From an uncultured Bacilli bacterium (lineage in GTDB: Bacteria > Bacillota_I > Bacilli_A > RF39 > UBA660): a stretch of 64,000 bases of DNA. Every line of letters starts with the position of its first letter. The first letter of the stretch is position 1. Positions 40,423 to 50,964 of this stretch are shown here, in pieces. Under the pieces are notes generated by a model. It saw only the letters and a program-made list of their open reading frames with translations, did not search any database and was not told the DNA's origin. The position numbers and the translations under genes are program-made. The DNA is taken from the NCBI GenBank assembly GCA_934130545.1, contig CAKOYD010000002.1:194209-258208 (forward strand). Reading direction: 5' to 3'.

Positions 40423-40451
40423 ACATCATTTTATTTGTCTATTAGTTAAAA
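40423..40451 (-). promoter_or_regulatory. sigma-A promoter with extended -10 driving leader B and the giant gene
   Basis: Minus strand TAGACA-17 nt-TGcTATAAT. Confidence 0.55.
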
Positions 40452-40483
40452 ATAAAAAACTAAGAAAACGTATTCTCTTAGCC

Positions 40484-42130
40484 TTATATTTCTTGCATAA
40501 CTGTAATAATCATTGGTTTATTACCAGTAGCATTAAATAAATAATTAGATAATTGTTCTCTAATAGTATTCTTTATCTTAGTATAATCTATATAATTAGG
40601 ATAAGTATTTTCTATAATAATTTTACTACATATCTCTTTTATCTTATCAATTATCTCTGTAGAATCTTTAACATAGATAAAACCTCTAGTTAATATTTCC
40701 GGTCCTACTAAAATCTTCTTAGTCTTCTTATTCATTGTAGCGGTAATAATTATAATACCATTTTGACTAAGTAATTCTCTATCTTTTAAAACTACTTCTC
40801 CAATATCATCACTACTATCTCCATCAATTGAAATAGATCCTGTTGGTATCTTTAAATAATCTTCTACTAATTCACCATTTTCAAATGTTGCTACATAACC
40901 ATTTTCTTTTAATATAATATTTTCTGTTGGAATACCAACCATCTCTGCTAAATTAGCATTAGCTACCTGATTACGATATTCACCTTTAATTGGAAAATAA
41001 TACTTTGGTTGCATAAGTTCTAACATCATCATTAAGTCTTCACTTGAAGCATGATATGATAAATATTTCTTAGGAGATAATATTACACTATCTGCTCCTA
41101 TTTTTGCAATATCATCAAGCATCTTATAAAATGTCTTTTCTCTTCCTTCATATATTGGAGTAGCTAAAAATACTGTATCAGTAGGTTCTATCTTAATAAA
41201 CTTATCATACCCATTAATAATTCTAATCATATTAGCATAAGGTTTTTCTCTTTCATTAGTATTTAATATAATAGCATTCTTATCGTTAAGATTAGATAAA
41301 TCTCCAATAAACTTTCTATCGATATGTAAATAACCATTATCTAGTGAATAATTAACTATGTTTTGAAGTCTCTTTCCCATAATAACTATCTTTTTATCAG
41401 TCTTCATAACTTCATTAAATAATTCTTGTATTCTATATAAATGGGAATTCAAAACATTAAATATTATTCTACCTGGTGCTTTATTTAAAGTCTTAGCAAT
41501 TAATCCTTCAATACGATGATTAGGAGTTGTATAACCTGTTCTATCAGCATATATCGATTCACTAAGTAAACATAATACTCCTTGTTTACCAATATATGCT
41601 AACTTACCAATATCTGTCTGATAAGGTCCTCTCATAACTGCATCAAAAACAAAATCACTACCATAAAATATTACTCCATCATTAGTATACACTGCATATC
41701 CAAAATTATCTGGAATAGAATGTGATAAACTAACTGGAAACACTTTAACATTTCCAATAATAATTGCTTTATTAACCTTTATCTCCACTAAATTAGTAGT
41801 ATCTACTTTATAACTCTCAAATTCTTTTTTAACAATATCCATAGTAAATTTAGAACCATATACTTTAACATTATCTAAATACTTATAAATATCTACTAAA
41901 GCCCCCACATTCTCATCATGACCATGTGTTAAAAACACACCCTTTATTCTTTTTACATTTTGTTTTAAATAATCAATATTAGGAATACTATAATCAATTC
42001 CTAATGTATATTCATCACTATATTTTAGCCCAGCCTCAAACACAAGAATATCATCATCTATTTCCATAACAAACATATTCTTACCATTTTCATTAAGACC
42101 ACCTAGACTAAATAACTTTATCTTACTCAT
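40484..42130 (-). CDS. rnj: ribonuclease J (metallo-beta-lactamase / beta-CASP family)
   Basis: 548 aa. HGHDENVG (HxHxDH) motif and beta-CASP region. Length and architecture typical of RNase J1/J2. Confidence 0.85.
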   Translation of the reverse strand: MSKIKLFSLGGLNENGKNMFVMEIDDDILVFEAGLKYSDEYTLGIDYSIPNIDYLKQNVKRIKGVFLTHGHDENVGALVDIYKYLDNVKVYGSKFTMDIVKKEFESYKVDTTNLVEIKVNKAIIIGNVKVFPVSLSHSIPDNFGYAVYTNDGVIFYGSDFVFDAVMRGPYQTDIGKLAYIGKQGVLCLLSESIYADRTGYTTPNHRIEGLIAKTLNKAPGRIIFNVLNSHLYRIQELFNEVMKTDKKIVIMGKRLQNIVNYSLDNGYLHIDRKFIGDLSNLNDKNAIILNTNEREKPYANMIRIINGYDKFIKIEPTDTVFLATPIYEGREKTFYKMLDDIAKIGADSVILSPKKYLSYHASSEDLMMMLELMQPKYYFPIKGEYRNQVANANLAEMVGIPTENIILKENGYVATFENGELVEDYLKIPTGSISIDGDSSDDIGEVVLKDRELLSQNGIIIITATMNKKTKKILVGPEILTRGFIYVKDSTEIIDKIKEICSKIIIENTYPNYIDYTKIKNTIREQLSNYLFNATGNKPMIITVMQEI

Positions 42131-42208
42131 TATTCTCCTTTCTTAATAAAGTTCTAAAGACTTATAAATTGTATCAAAAAAAAATATATTTGTCAAACGA
42201 GCATCACT

Positions 42209-42748
42209 CTACTTAACATCTATTATTCTCTTAAACTTATTATCACTTTCTCTAATAAAATTATCTATTAATTTACTTTGTGCTTTTGTTTCAGCATATG
42301 CTGTAATAGCAATAGTCTTCTTCCAATCTTTCGTATAAGCATCTGTTGTTAAATTAGTTATTTTATTATCTTTTAAAAAGTCTCTAAGTAAAATCATTTC
42401 TTCTTTATTATCAGACAAAATAACATTTACATATGTTTTCTCTTTAGAAAATTTATTACTTATAACAAGTGCTAATAAAGTTCCAACACCACTTGCGAAA
42501 GCAATTACATAAATCATATACTCTTGATCTCCACCTACAACATTAATTAGTTTATAAAATATAACTTGACTAACAATCACTGTAAGTGAAGCCAATATTG
42601 ATCTATTTTTTTGAATCAAAATAGTCTTACTAGTACCTAACATATTATCAAATACTTTAATAAAAAAAACAATAATAATATTTATAATAATAACTTTCAT
42701 TTCTAGCTCCTTCCTAAATGCAATATAAAATATTACCAAATTAATCAT
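42209..42748 (-). CDS. UPF0316/DUF2179-family small membrane protein
   Basis: 179 aa. N-terminal TM helices plus a C-terminal DUF2179-like domain. Assignment is tentative. Confidence 0.4.
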   Translation of the reverse strand: MINLVIFYIAFRKELEMKVIIINIIIVFFIKVFDNMLGTSKTILIQKNRSILASLTVIVSQVIFYKLINVVGGDQEYMIYVIAFASGVGTLLALVISNKFSKEKTYVNVILSDNKEEMILLRDFLKDNKITNLTTDAYTKDWKKTIAITAYAETKAQSKLIDNFIRESDNKFKRIIDVK

Positions 42749-42950
42749 AATTTTTCAACCTTAAAATTAATATTTTCTTGACTTTACATACTATTTAATT
42801 ATATAATATTAATGCATTTGGCAGCAGACTAATCATATTTTGTAATGTGTAATGTATAAGTAACTTATTTTGCTGCATAAGCGAAAGTCAAGATAATACA
42901 CCCTATAAAATATCTTAGTTATCTCCAAAATAGCAGAAGGAGGAAAAATT

Positions 42951-43556
42951 ATGGCAAGATATACAGGCCCAAATAACAAACAAGCTAGAAGAGTTTCTTT
43001 CTCAATTCTTGAAAATGGTAAAGATATCGCAAAAAGACCTTATGGTCCAGGACAACATGGTAAAGATAGAAAAAGAAAACCTTCAAACTATTCAATTCAG
43101 TTAACTGAAAAACAAAAAGTAAGATTCATGTATGGAATTAGTGAAAAACAATTCGAAAAATTAGTAAATGAATCTGGTAAAATGAAAGGTGTTCATGGTG
43201 AAAACTTACTTATATTACTAGAAAGTAGATTAGATAACCTAGTTTATAGAGCAGGTTTTGCTACTACTAGAAGAGGTGCTAGACAATTAGTTAACCACGG
43301 ACATATCACTGTAAATGGTAAGAAAGTTAATATTCCATCTTACAGAGTTAAAATTGGCGATGTAATATCATTAAAAGAATCTTCAATGAATCATACAGGA
43401 GTAGAAATTGCTTTAGCTAACAAGCCAAAAAGAGTTGATTTCATTAATTATGATGAATCTAAAAAACAAGCTACTTATGTAAGATATCCTGAAAGAAGCG
43501 AATTAAACGCTGACATTAATGAATCATTAATCGTTGAATTCTACAGCAGAGTTTAG
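42951..43556 (+). CDS. rpsD: 30S ribosomal protein S4
   Basis: 201 aa. MARYTGPNNKQARR…, S4 RNA-binding domain LESRLDNLVYRAGFATTRRGARQLVNHGH. Confidence 0.95.
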   Translation: MARYTGPNNKQARRVSFSILENGKDIAKRPYGPGQHGKDRKRKPSNYSIQLTEKQKVRFMYGISEKQFEKLVNESGKMKGVHGENLLILLESRLDNLVYRAGFATTRRGARQLVNHGHITVNGKKVNIPSYRVKIGDVISLKESSMNHTGVEIALANKPKRVDFINYDESKKQATYVRYPERSELNADINESLIVEFYSRV

Positions 43557-43571
43557 TATTTAAATTTAAAA

Positions 43572-43600
43572 AGTTAGGCCAACAAAAGCCTAACTTTTTT
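43572..43600. terminator. bidirectional terminator between rpsD and the convergent polysaccharide locus
   Basis: GTTAGGC-CAACAAAA-GCCTAAC stem-loop followed by TTTTTTCT. Flanked by A-run and T-run. Confidence 0.7.
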
Positions 43601-44084
43601 CTATTTCTCTATCAATTAAATCAATCATATTATCAGTATTACTCTTAAACTTCTTGGGTTTAAATTTAGAAGATTCTTTTATTAACTTATCAATATCATC
43701 AAAGTTATCTAACTTTAATATATATCCTTCTTTAGAAAAATTATCTATTATTTGTAATTGATGATCATTCACATGCTCATTATATTTACTTAAACGAGCT
43801 GCCGCAATTACCTTTTTATTATTTTTTAAACCAGTTATAATCGAACCTACACCACCATGTGTTATCAATAAATCACATTTCTTTATCATCTCATCAAACT
43901 CATCCATGGGTATTAAATCAAATATTTTCATATACTTTGACTTAAAATCTGCTGAACAACCTGCTTGAACAACTACTTCATCATCAATCAAATGTTTATC
44001 TAACTTATCTTCAAGAGCCTCTAGTATTCGATAAAATTGTTTATCTTGTGTACCTAACGTAACTAATATCATTAATAAATCCAC
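43590..44084 (-). CDS. Alg13-like glycosyltransferase C-terminal subunit (Cps14G/EpsF-type UDP-sugar transferase partner)
   Basis: 164 aa GT28 C-terminal-like domain (…THGGVGSIITGL…). Paired with the upstream Alg14-like gene. Confidence 0.65.
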   Translation of the reverse strand: MDLLMILVTLGTQDKQFYRILEALEDKLDKHLIDDEVVVQAGCSADFKSKYMKIFDLIPMDEFDEMIKKCDLLITHGGVGSIITGLKNNKKVIAAARLSKYNEHVNDHQLQIIDNFSKEGYILKLDNFDDIDKLIKESSKFKPKKFKSNTDNMIDLIDREIEKS

Positions 44085-44881
44085 CCCCCATATATTGCTT
44101 TAGGATATAACTCTAACATACTTTCCCATTGTACTACAAAAGTATTAGCAATCGGGTATACTAACTTACCAGCTACGGTCTTAGTAGTACTATTAGCAAA
44201 CGTCTCAATAAATATAACCTTACTACCAAGAATGCGTCCTATATAACACATTGGCACGGCCGTATGCGTACCAGTAGTTACTATAGCATCTGGTCTTATC
44301 TTTAAATACAATATAAAAGATTTAATAATATTAAAGGAAAATATAAAGAAATAAGTAAATAAATTCTTTTTAGTACCATATACTAAATAACTAACATTAT
44401 TATATTTATCTTTTAAATTCTTATTAGACTTCGTCTTTTCAGTAATTAAATAACTATCATACTTTGTAATCAATGGCTTTAACTGTAATAATTCATTCAA
44501 ATGTCCACCTGTACTAGATATAAATATAACTTTCTTTTTATCATTCTTTTTAAATAATAAAGTAAATATATAACATAATACCAAATCTATAATTATAACT
44601 ATTGATTTTAATAATACACTATTCTCTATTCCAAACAAAGTTATTAATATATTCATAAGTATTATATCTACTAAAAATACTACTATTCCACTAAATATAA
44701 ACTTATTTATTGAACTCATAACCTTATATTTTTTATTAATAAAATAACATATTATTACTCCACTAATAAATGATATAACACTAGCTAATCCCCAACTCAT
44801 ACTATCTATACATAGATAATATACACCAAAGCATAAAACTCCTACGCCAACATAGCACATTAATTTACTTAATTTCTTCAT
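44072..44881 (-). CDS. GtrA-like 4-TM domain fused to an Alg14-like glycosyltransferase membrane-anchor subunit
   Basis: 269 aa. N-terminal 4 TM helices (GtrA-like) followed by an Alg14/Cps14F-like domain (VIFISSTGGHLNELLQL). Confidence 0.6.
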   Translation of the reverse strand: MKKLSKLMCYVGVGVLCFGVYYLCIDSMSWGLASVISFISGVIICYFINKKYKVMSSINKFIFSGIVVFLVDIILMNILITLFGIENSVLLKSIVIIIDLVLCYIFTLLFKKNDKKKVIFISSTGGHLNELLQLKPLITKYDSYLITEKTKSNKNLKDKYNNVSYLVYGTKKNLFTYFFIFSFNIIKSFILYLKIRPDAIVTTGTHTAVPMCYIGRILGSKVIFIETFANSTTKTVAGKLVYPIANTFVVQWESMLELYPKAIYGGWIY

Positions 44882-44893
44882 AATAATTTCTCC

Positions 44894-47380
44894 TTACCTA
44901 TTTAATATTTTATAAACAATATTAGCCATCTTTTTATTAAACATAATCAAATATATTCCTTTAGCATTAGTATAAAAATACTTATTTAATCTATATTTAG
45001 GAAAATTACTTTTGACATTTAAAATTGCCGTATCAACAGCAGCATCAAATTCATCTTTATTAAAATGAGCAGCTTGTTTAATAAAAGTAGCATATAAATA
45101 CCTTACATAACAATACTCAAGTTCCTTTTTGTAATTATTATATATACCTCTATCTTTATAAAATACTATTAAGTCATTAAAATTATCAACATAATTATAT
45201 AATCTTTTATCAAAAGTTTTAGTAATCGAACCACTTCTTTGTACATACTGATTAAGGGGTTCTTTTACCACACCAATATTATTAATATAAGGAAATATTT
45301 TATATAAAAAGTCAACATCTTCAAACCATACACCTTTTTTAAACTCAATCTTCTTACTAAATAATTCTTTCTTATATATCTTATTCCAAACACAAGGATA
45401 CATATTTACATAAGTCTTTTTAATATTTGTAGTATCCATTTCAATTTTAGAACTAACTCTTTTTATGCTTCCATCTTCATAAACATAATTTAAATCACAT
45501 ACAACAACATCAAAATTACCTGATATAGCTTTATTATACATTTTTTCATACATATCTATAGAAACGAAATCATCACCATCAACAAATGCAATATAATCTC
45601 CTTTGGCTTCCTTAATTCCAAAATTTCTAGCATCACTAACACCACCATTTTTCTTTATGTAGCTATGGATAGTACTATATTTTTTAGCATACTTATCTAT
45701 AATACTTTGACTATTATCTGGGCTTCCATCATTAACTACTATTATTTCTATATCTTTAAGAGTTTGATTAACTAAACTATCTAAACACTTATCAATATAC
45801 TTTTCTACATTATATACCGGTACGATAACACTTACCTTAGGATTTTTTGATTTCTTTACCATATTTACCTCACTAACATTTTCTTTACCTATTACATATT
45901 TTAATTTATCATGTCTTACAAAAGAAAGCAAGTACCCGCTTATAAAAGCAAGTGGTATTGTAACTATTAATTCATCTAAAACATGTCCACTAAAATAAGA
46001 TATTCCTAAACAAACATATACTGATATGACAAGCATAGTTGTCTTTAATCTTAATCTTCTCTTTAGTAGCATATATATTCCTGAATAAGTTGCAATTACA
46101 ATATAAGGCCCAAATAGTAATAATATACCAATTATTCCGATAGTATAATAATGTACTGTAAAATCACTTTCTATATATATTTCTGCTATTCTATATCTAG
46201 AATAACCTTCCCCAAAATACTTATCATACTTATTATTATTTAATGAATATATTCTATTAGTAATAAGTTTTTCTAACTTACGATTTCCCCCTCTTTCACT
46301 ATAAGGAAGTTTCATAACATCTATCCAAAAATCTATATCTTGTTCATAAGGATATAAATCATAAATATATGTCTTAGGAATAGAATAATATTCAAAATAC
46401 TCTTTAATAAATTCTTCTTTTTCTTCTACAGTACGCAAATTATGTAATGATTCATTAACAGTATCTTTATTTTCCATACCATTTTCTATTTCTTCATAAT
46501 CAGTAACTGTATATCTTAAAATTAATGGTGAATTAAGAGTTATAAATCCTAATACCATAAAACATGATATATATAATAATATCTTTTTTAAAGTTATTTC
46601 GACTTTATTTTTATCAATAAGTGCAAAAAATATCCATGCTATAAACATAACTACACTAACAATAGCCCATCCATATACTGCTACTCTCGTTCCTATCATT
46701 ATCATAGCCAAACATAAAGTAAGTGAAGATATAAAAGCTTTCTTATTAGAAAATCTAATAGCATAATATATGTTTATTGGTAATATTAATATTGTTAAAG
46801 CACTTATCTGATTAGCCATATAAAAGTACCCTTTTGAAGCTAGTTGTTCAAATGTAAAATCTTTATTTAAAAACCAGTCAAATATATTACCCGCTATAAA
46901 ATGAGGCTCTCCATAAGAAACTAAAGATATCTTAAATATATTAGTAATTATTATCTCTAAAGAAATAATTAATGATAATACCACAATACTCTCTCTAAAT
47001 GCCTCTTCTGTTATCTTAGCTTTATAAACTATATATATAAGCATTAAAGGTAATAACAATCTTATATAATAAAAAGCTTCTGTTATATATGAAAAATTCA
47101 TAACGGAATTTATTCCAATATTAAAATTAAGACTATTAATAACATGGCCTATCAAATAGACAAATAATATAGCCAAATACCCCGCTATAAACCAGTGCTT
47201 CTTATCATTCTTCGTATTTATTAATGTTATTATAAAAAATACAAATATAAATATAATTCTAATTATTGTTGAAGGAGAAAATTTAAATATCCTAGTAACT
47301 TTTTCACTATATAATAAATAGAAATCTAAAAATGGTTGTATTATTAAAAATATAAATAGTGCTTTATCTATTTTCTTCAT
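44894..47380 (-). CDS. fusion of a polytopic Wzy/O-antigen-ligase-like membrane domain (~480 aa) with a C-terminal GT2 glycosyltransferase
   Basis: 828 aa with about 10-12 TM helices. The C-terminal part has KVSVIVPVYNVEKYIDKCLDSLVNQT…VVNDGSPDNS…DGDDFV GT-A motifs paralogous to the two other GT2 genes in the locus. Confidence 0.65.
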   Translation of the reverse strand: MKKIDKALFIFLIIQPFLDFYLLYSEKVTRIFKFSPSTIIRIIFIFVFFIITLINTKNDKKHWFIAGYLAILFVYLIGHVINSLNFNIGINSVMNFSYITEAFYYIRLLLPLMLIYIVYKAKITEEAFRESIVVLSLIISLEIIITNIFKISLVSYGEPHFIAGNIFDWFLNKDFTFEQLASKGYFYMANQISALTILILPINIYYAIRFSNKKAFISSLTLCLAMIMIGTRVAVYGWAIVSVVMFIAWIFFALIDKNKVEITLKKILLYISCFMVLGFITLNSPLILRYTVTDYEEIENGMENKDTVNESLHNLRTVEEKEEFIKEYFEYYSIPKTYIYDLYPYEQDIDFWIDVMKLPYSERGGNRKLEKLITNRIYSLNNNKYDKYFGEGYSRYRIAEIYIESDFTVHYYTIGIIGILLLFGPYIVIATYSGIYMLLKRRLRLKTTMLVISVYVCLGISYFSGHVLDELIVTIPLAFISGYLLSFVRHDKLKYVIGKENVSEVNMVKKSKNPKVSVIVPVYNVEKYIDKCLDSLVNQTLKDIEIIVVNDGSPDNSQSIIDKYAKKYSTIHSYIKKNGGVSDARNFGIKEAKGDYIAFVDGDDFVSIDMYEKMYNKAISGNFDVVVCDLNYVYEDGSIKRVSSKIEMDTTNIKKTYVNMYPCVWNKIYKKELFSKKIEFKKGVWFEDVDFLYKIFPYINNIGVVKEPLNQYVQRSGSITKTFDKRLYNYVDNFNDLIVFYKDRGIYNNYKKELEYCYVRYLYATFIKQAAHFNKDEFDAAVDTAILNVKSNFPKYRLNKYFYTNAKGIYLIMFNKKMANIVYKILNR

Positions 47381-47388
47381 ATATCCTC

Positions 47389-48585
47389 CTATCTAAATAA
47401 TTTATATAATTGTTTTAATATCTTATCATTTTCTTTATCATAATCATATTTTATTAAATTATCTTTAAACTTATCAATAAGACTTCTATCAGTAATAACT
47501 TTCTTTAATCCTTCATATAATCCTTCATTACTATTATCTACTACTAGGCCATTATAACCACTCTTAATAAGTTCTCCTGTTGCTGAATTACTAGTAGCTA
47601 ATACTGGTACACCAAGAGTCATCGCTTCTACTATTACAATACCAAATGGCTCAAATATTGAAGGTAATATAAACATATCATTTCCATTAATGCATTCATA
47701 AGGATTATCAGTGTATCCCATAAGTTCAAAATAGTTTTCCATCTTATTATCCATAATCTTTTTCATTAATGTATCCATTAATGGACCATCACCATATATT
47801 TTAAAACTAACATCCTTAAGTAAGTTATCATTTCTAAGACATATTACAGCATCTAGTAATCGATCGTATCCTTTCATCGGATGTAATCTTCCTACTGAAA
47901 CAAAATTTAGTTTCTTACTATTTTTCTTCTTACCTCTAGCCATCTTTTTAATCTTATTAATATCAACATAATTACCAATAACCATTGTAGTATCTTCTAA
48001 ATGATATATCTTATTAAAGTCATCCATTACACCTTTAGATACTGCTACTATCTTATTAAACTTAGGTAATACCTCTTTAAATAACCTATCATATTTAGCA
48101 TTAGGATTAGCAATAGTATAATTATAATGAAGCCAATGAATCTTATTCTTGCAATTACCGAAACCTACAAATAAAGCCGTAAATCCATCTTTAAAAGCAA
48201 CTTCTGTATCATACTCTTTTTTTAATATTTTCTTTCTTTCTTTTATAATTCTATTTTTAATTAAACCAGTCTTCATCTCTAAAACTAATCGAACTTTCTT
48301 AAATATTAAAGAAAGATTCTTACTTCTTAATACTTCTCCTATTGTTAAATCAACTGCATCAAAATACTTTGTACCATATATAATATTAACATTCTTAGGT
48401 AAATTATTAAGTCTTGTTCCATTATTATGTAGAACCAAAACATCAATATTAAACTTACTATAATCAAATTTATTTAACATATCTTCAAGAAGAATAGATA
48501 CTCCTCCCATTCTTCTCTCATCTACTACAAATAATATATCTTTCATTATTACTTCGACTCCTTTAAAACTATCTTTAATAACCAA
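47389..48585 (-). CDS. GT4-family glycosyltransferase
   Basis: 398 aa. C-terminal GT4 signature (…EPFGIVIVEAMTLGVPVLAT…). Confidence 0.75.
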   Translation of the reverse strand: MVIKDSFKGVEVIMKDILFVVDERRMGGVSILLEDMLNKFDYSKFNIDVLVLHNNGTRLNNLPKNVNIIYGTKYFDAVDLTIGEVLRSKNLSLIFKKVRLVLEMKTGLIKNRIIKERKKILKKEYDTEVAFKDGFTALFVGFGNCKNKIHWLHYNYTIANPNAKYDRLFKEVLPKFNKIVAVSKGVMDDFNKIYHLEDTTMVIGNYVDINKIKKMARGKKKNSKKLNFVSVGRLHPMKGYDRLLDAVICLRNDNLLKDVSFKIYGDGPLMDTLMKKIMDNKMENYFELMGYTDNPYECINGNDMFILPSIFEPFGIVIVEAMTLGVPVLATSNSATGELIKSGYNGLVVDNSNEGLYEGLKKVITDRSLIDKFKDNLIKYDYDKENDKILKQLYKLFR

Positions 48586-49505
48586 TAATATTTCTTATAA
48601 AATAAAATACACACCACTCTATACTTAATATTAGTATTTTTAAAGTATCTATTCTTCTTCCAATTAGGGAACTCTTCTTTAATAATCTTAACAATTCTTT
48701 CTAACTCATTATACTTCTTAAACTTAAAAAATCTAAGTGAAGCCGCATGCAGTAAATGTTCAATATATATATACTCAATCTCATCTTTATATAAATCATA
48801 CTTATTATTACTAATAAATCTATTTCTTAATGTATCTAATGAATCAAATATATCTTCAAAAGACTTCTTATACTTTACTTGGTTCATAATAGAGCCACTT
48901 CTAATAACATAATAATATAAATAGTCATCAATATAATCTATCTTTTTAGCATATATTCCAAGTGCCGGAATAACAGCAATATCTTCATAAAAATGCTTCT
49001 CTAAAAAACGTAAATTATATTTTATAAATAATTCTTTCTTTATTAATTGCCAACAAGGACCACAACAATTTAATACATAATTTTTATATATATTATCACT
49101 TATAATATTAAATGTTTTAACTTCGGTAGTTTTATCATCTACTACTCTATAATAATTGGAAACAACAATATCACTACGTTTTTTACTAACGGTATTAACT
49201 AATTTTTCTACCATTTTCATATCAACATAATCATCACTATCAACAAACATTATATATTCTCCGGTAGCTTTATCAATGCCATAATTACGAGCAATAGCTG
49301 AACCACCATTCTCTTTTACATAACTCTTAATAATCTTAGAATACTTCTTCTTATATTCATCTATAATACTTTGACTATTATCTTTTGTTCCATCATTAAC
49401 TACTATAATCTCTATATTTTGATAAGTTTGATTAACTAAACTATCTAAACATTTTCTTAAATATTCTTCAACGTTATAAACAGGCACTATTATACTAACT
49501 TTCAT
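48549..49505 (-). CDS. GT2-family glycosyltransferase
   Basis: 318 aa. KVSIIVPVYNVEEYLRKCLDSLVNQTYQNIEIIVVNDGTKDNS…DSDDYV. Confidence 0.8.
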   Translation of the reverse strand: MKVSIIVPVYNVEEYLRKCLDSLVNQTYQNIEIIVVNDGTKDNSQSIIDEYKKKYSKIIKSYVKENGGSAIARNYGIDKATGEYIMFVDSDDYVDMKMVEKLVNTVSKKRSDIVVSNYYRVVDDKTTEVKTFNIISDNIYKNYVLNCCGPCWQLIKKELFIKYNLRFLEKHFYEDIAVIPALGIYAKKIDYIDDYLYYYVIRSGSIMNQVKYKKSFEDIFDSLDTLRNRFISNNKYDLYKDEIEYIYIEHLLHAASLRFFKFKKYNELERIVKIIKEEFPNWKKNRYFKNTNIKYRVVCILFYKKYYWLLKIVLKESK

Positions 49506-49515
49506 ATATCCTCCA

Positions 49516-50964
49516 CTACTTCTTTAATCTAAATGTAACTAAAAACTTATCTATCAAAAAATGTTCTATATCATCATGCATAATAAATAATATTCCCAAA
49601 TATATAAGCATACCAACTAATACTTGAACTATATTAGTAAGAATACCCGGGCCCATTACTAATCCAACACCAAGCGCACCAGCTCCCATTAATATTCCAA
49701 CACCCAAGTACGTAAATATTTTCTTAATAATACCATCAAAATTAAATGTCTTCTTAACAAAATGATATTGAATAAGTAAAATAACTAACTCAGTAATTGA
49801 AGATGCAATAGCCGCTCCATATGCTCCAAAATGTCCAATAAGTAAAGCATTTAAAACTATATTAACAACACAACCGCTTGTTACTGATATTGTGTATTTC
49901 TTCGATTCATCATTAACAATTAAATATTGCATTCCAAAGACATTAGTTAAAGATATAAATACTATCGTCGGTGTTAAACAACAAATAATATAAGCAACCT
50001 TCCCAAAATCTTTTGGTAAAAACCATGGAATAAAGAATGGTGATACTACAGAGAATCCTATGGCAATAGGAATAGATAAAAATAATGCAATCTTAAAAGT
50101 ATTATTAGTTATTAATTTAACTGTATCATCATTTTTTTCACTTTTCTTTCTCACAATGTTTGGTAGCATAACTGTTCCTATTGTTGTAATAATAAACATT
50201 AGCATATTTACAAGTTTATGAGCTTGCGTATAAAAACCAACTTCACTTATATCATCATATAATAAACCAATCATTGTCTGATCAAAAACACTATAAATAC
50301 TAGAAGATATCTGTGGAATAAAAAGAACAAAATTCTCTTTAAAATGTGGAACAATATCTTTAAATTTAGAAATCTTAAAATCTATTATTTTATTAATACC
50401 AACCCATATCATAAGTGAACCTATAACATTCATAATAATTATAAATGTCATATATAAATATAAATCATTCTCATTATGTACTAAAAGTAATATTCCACTT
50501 ACCATTAATAGTTTAACAATAAAACCTCTTATTGTTGTCTTTTTAAAATTCTCTAATCCTATATAAAACCAAGTTATTTCAAACATCGATGATAAAAGCA
50601 TTCCTCCCTGTAAAAGAAATACCATATGATATTTAAAATCAAAAGTTAAGAATACAAAATAATATATTATCAAAGATATTAATGTACATAAAAATTGTAA
50701 TGAAAATATCTCCGAAAACTTCTTTGATAGTTTCTCTCTATCATTTGAAACCTTAGCTATTTCTTTACTACCATACAAACTTATTCCCATTGTTCCAAAT
50801 AATATAAACCAATATACTATTGAATAAGTATAATTAAACTTTCCTAAATTATCCGCCCCTAAAGTACGTGAAAGATAAGGAGCCGTTATAATAGGAGTTA
50901 AAAAAGTTAATATTTGATATGCTACATTATATATATAATTAGCAGCTACACTACTTTTTTTCAT
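49516..50964 (-). CDS. wzx: Wzx-type oligosaccharide flippase (MOP superfamily polysaccharide biosynthesis protein)
   Basis: 482 aa with about 12-14 TM helices. Located within the polysaccharide locus. Confidence 0.7.
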   Translation of the reverse strand: MKKSSVAANYIYNVAYQILTFLTPIITAPYLSRTLGADNLGKFNYTYSIVYWFILFGTMGISLYGSKEIAKVSNDREKLSKKFSEIFSLQFLCTLISLIIYYFVFLTFDFKYHMVFLLQGGMLLSSMFEITWFYIGLENFKKTTIRGFIVKLLMVSGILLLVHNENDLYLYMTFIIIMNVIGSLMIWVGINKIIDFKISKFKDIVPHFKENFVLFIPQISSSIYSVFDQTMIGLLYDDISEVGFYTQAHKLVNMLMFIITTIGTVMLPNIVRKKSEKNDDTVKLITNNTFKIALFLSIPIAIGFSVVSPFFIPWFLPKDFGKVAYIICCLTPTIVFISLTNVFGMQYLIVNDESKKYTISVTSGCVVNIVLNALLIGHFGAYGAAIASSITELVILLIQYHFVKKTFNFDGIIKKIFTYLGVGILMGAGALGVGLVMGPGILTNIVQVLVGMLIYLGILFIMHDDIEHFLIDKFLVTFRLKK

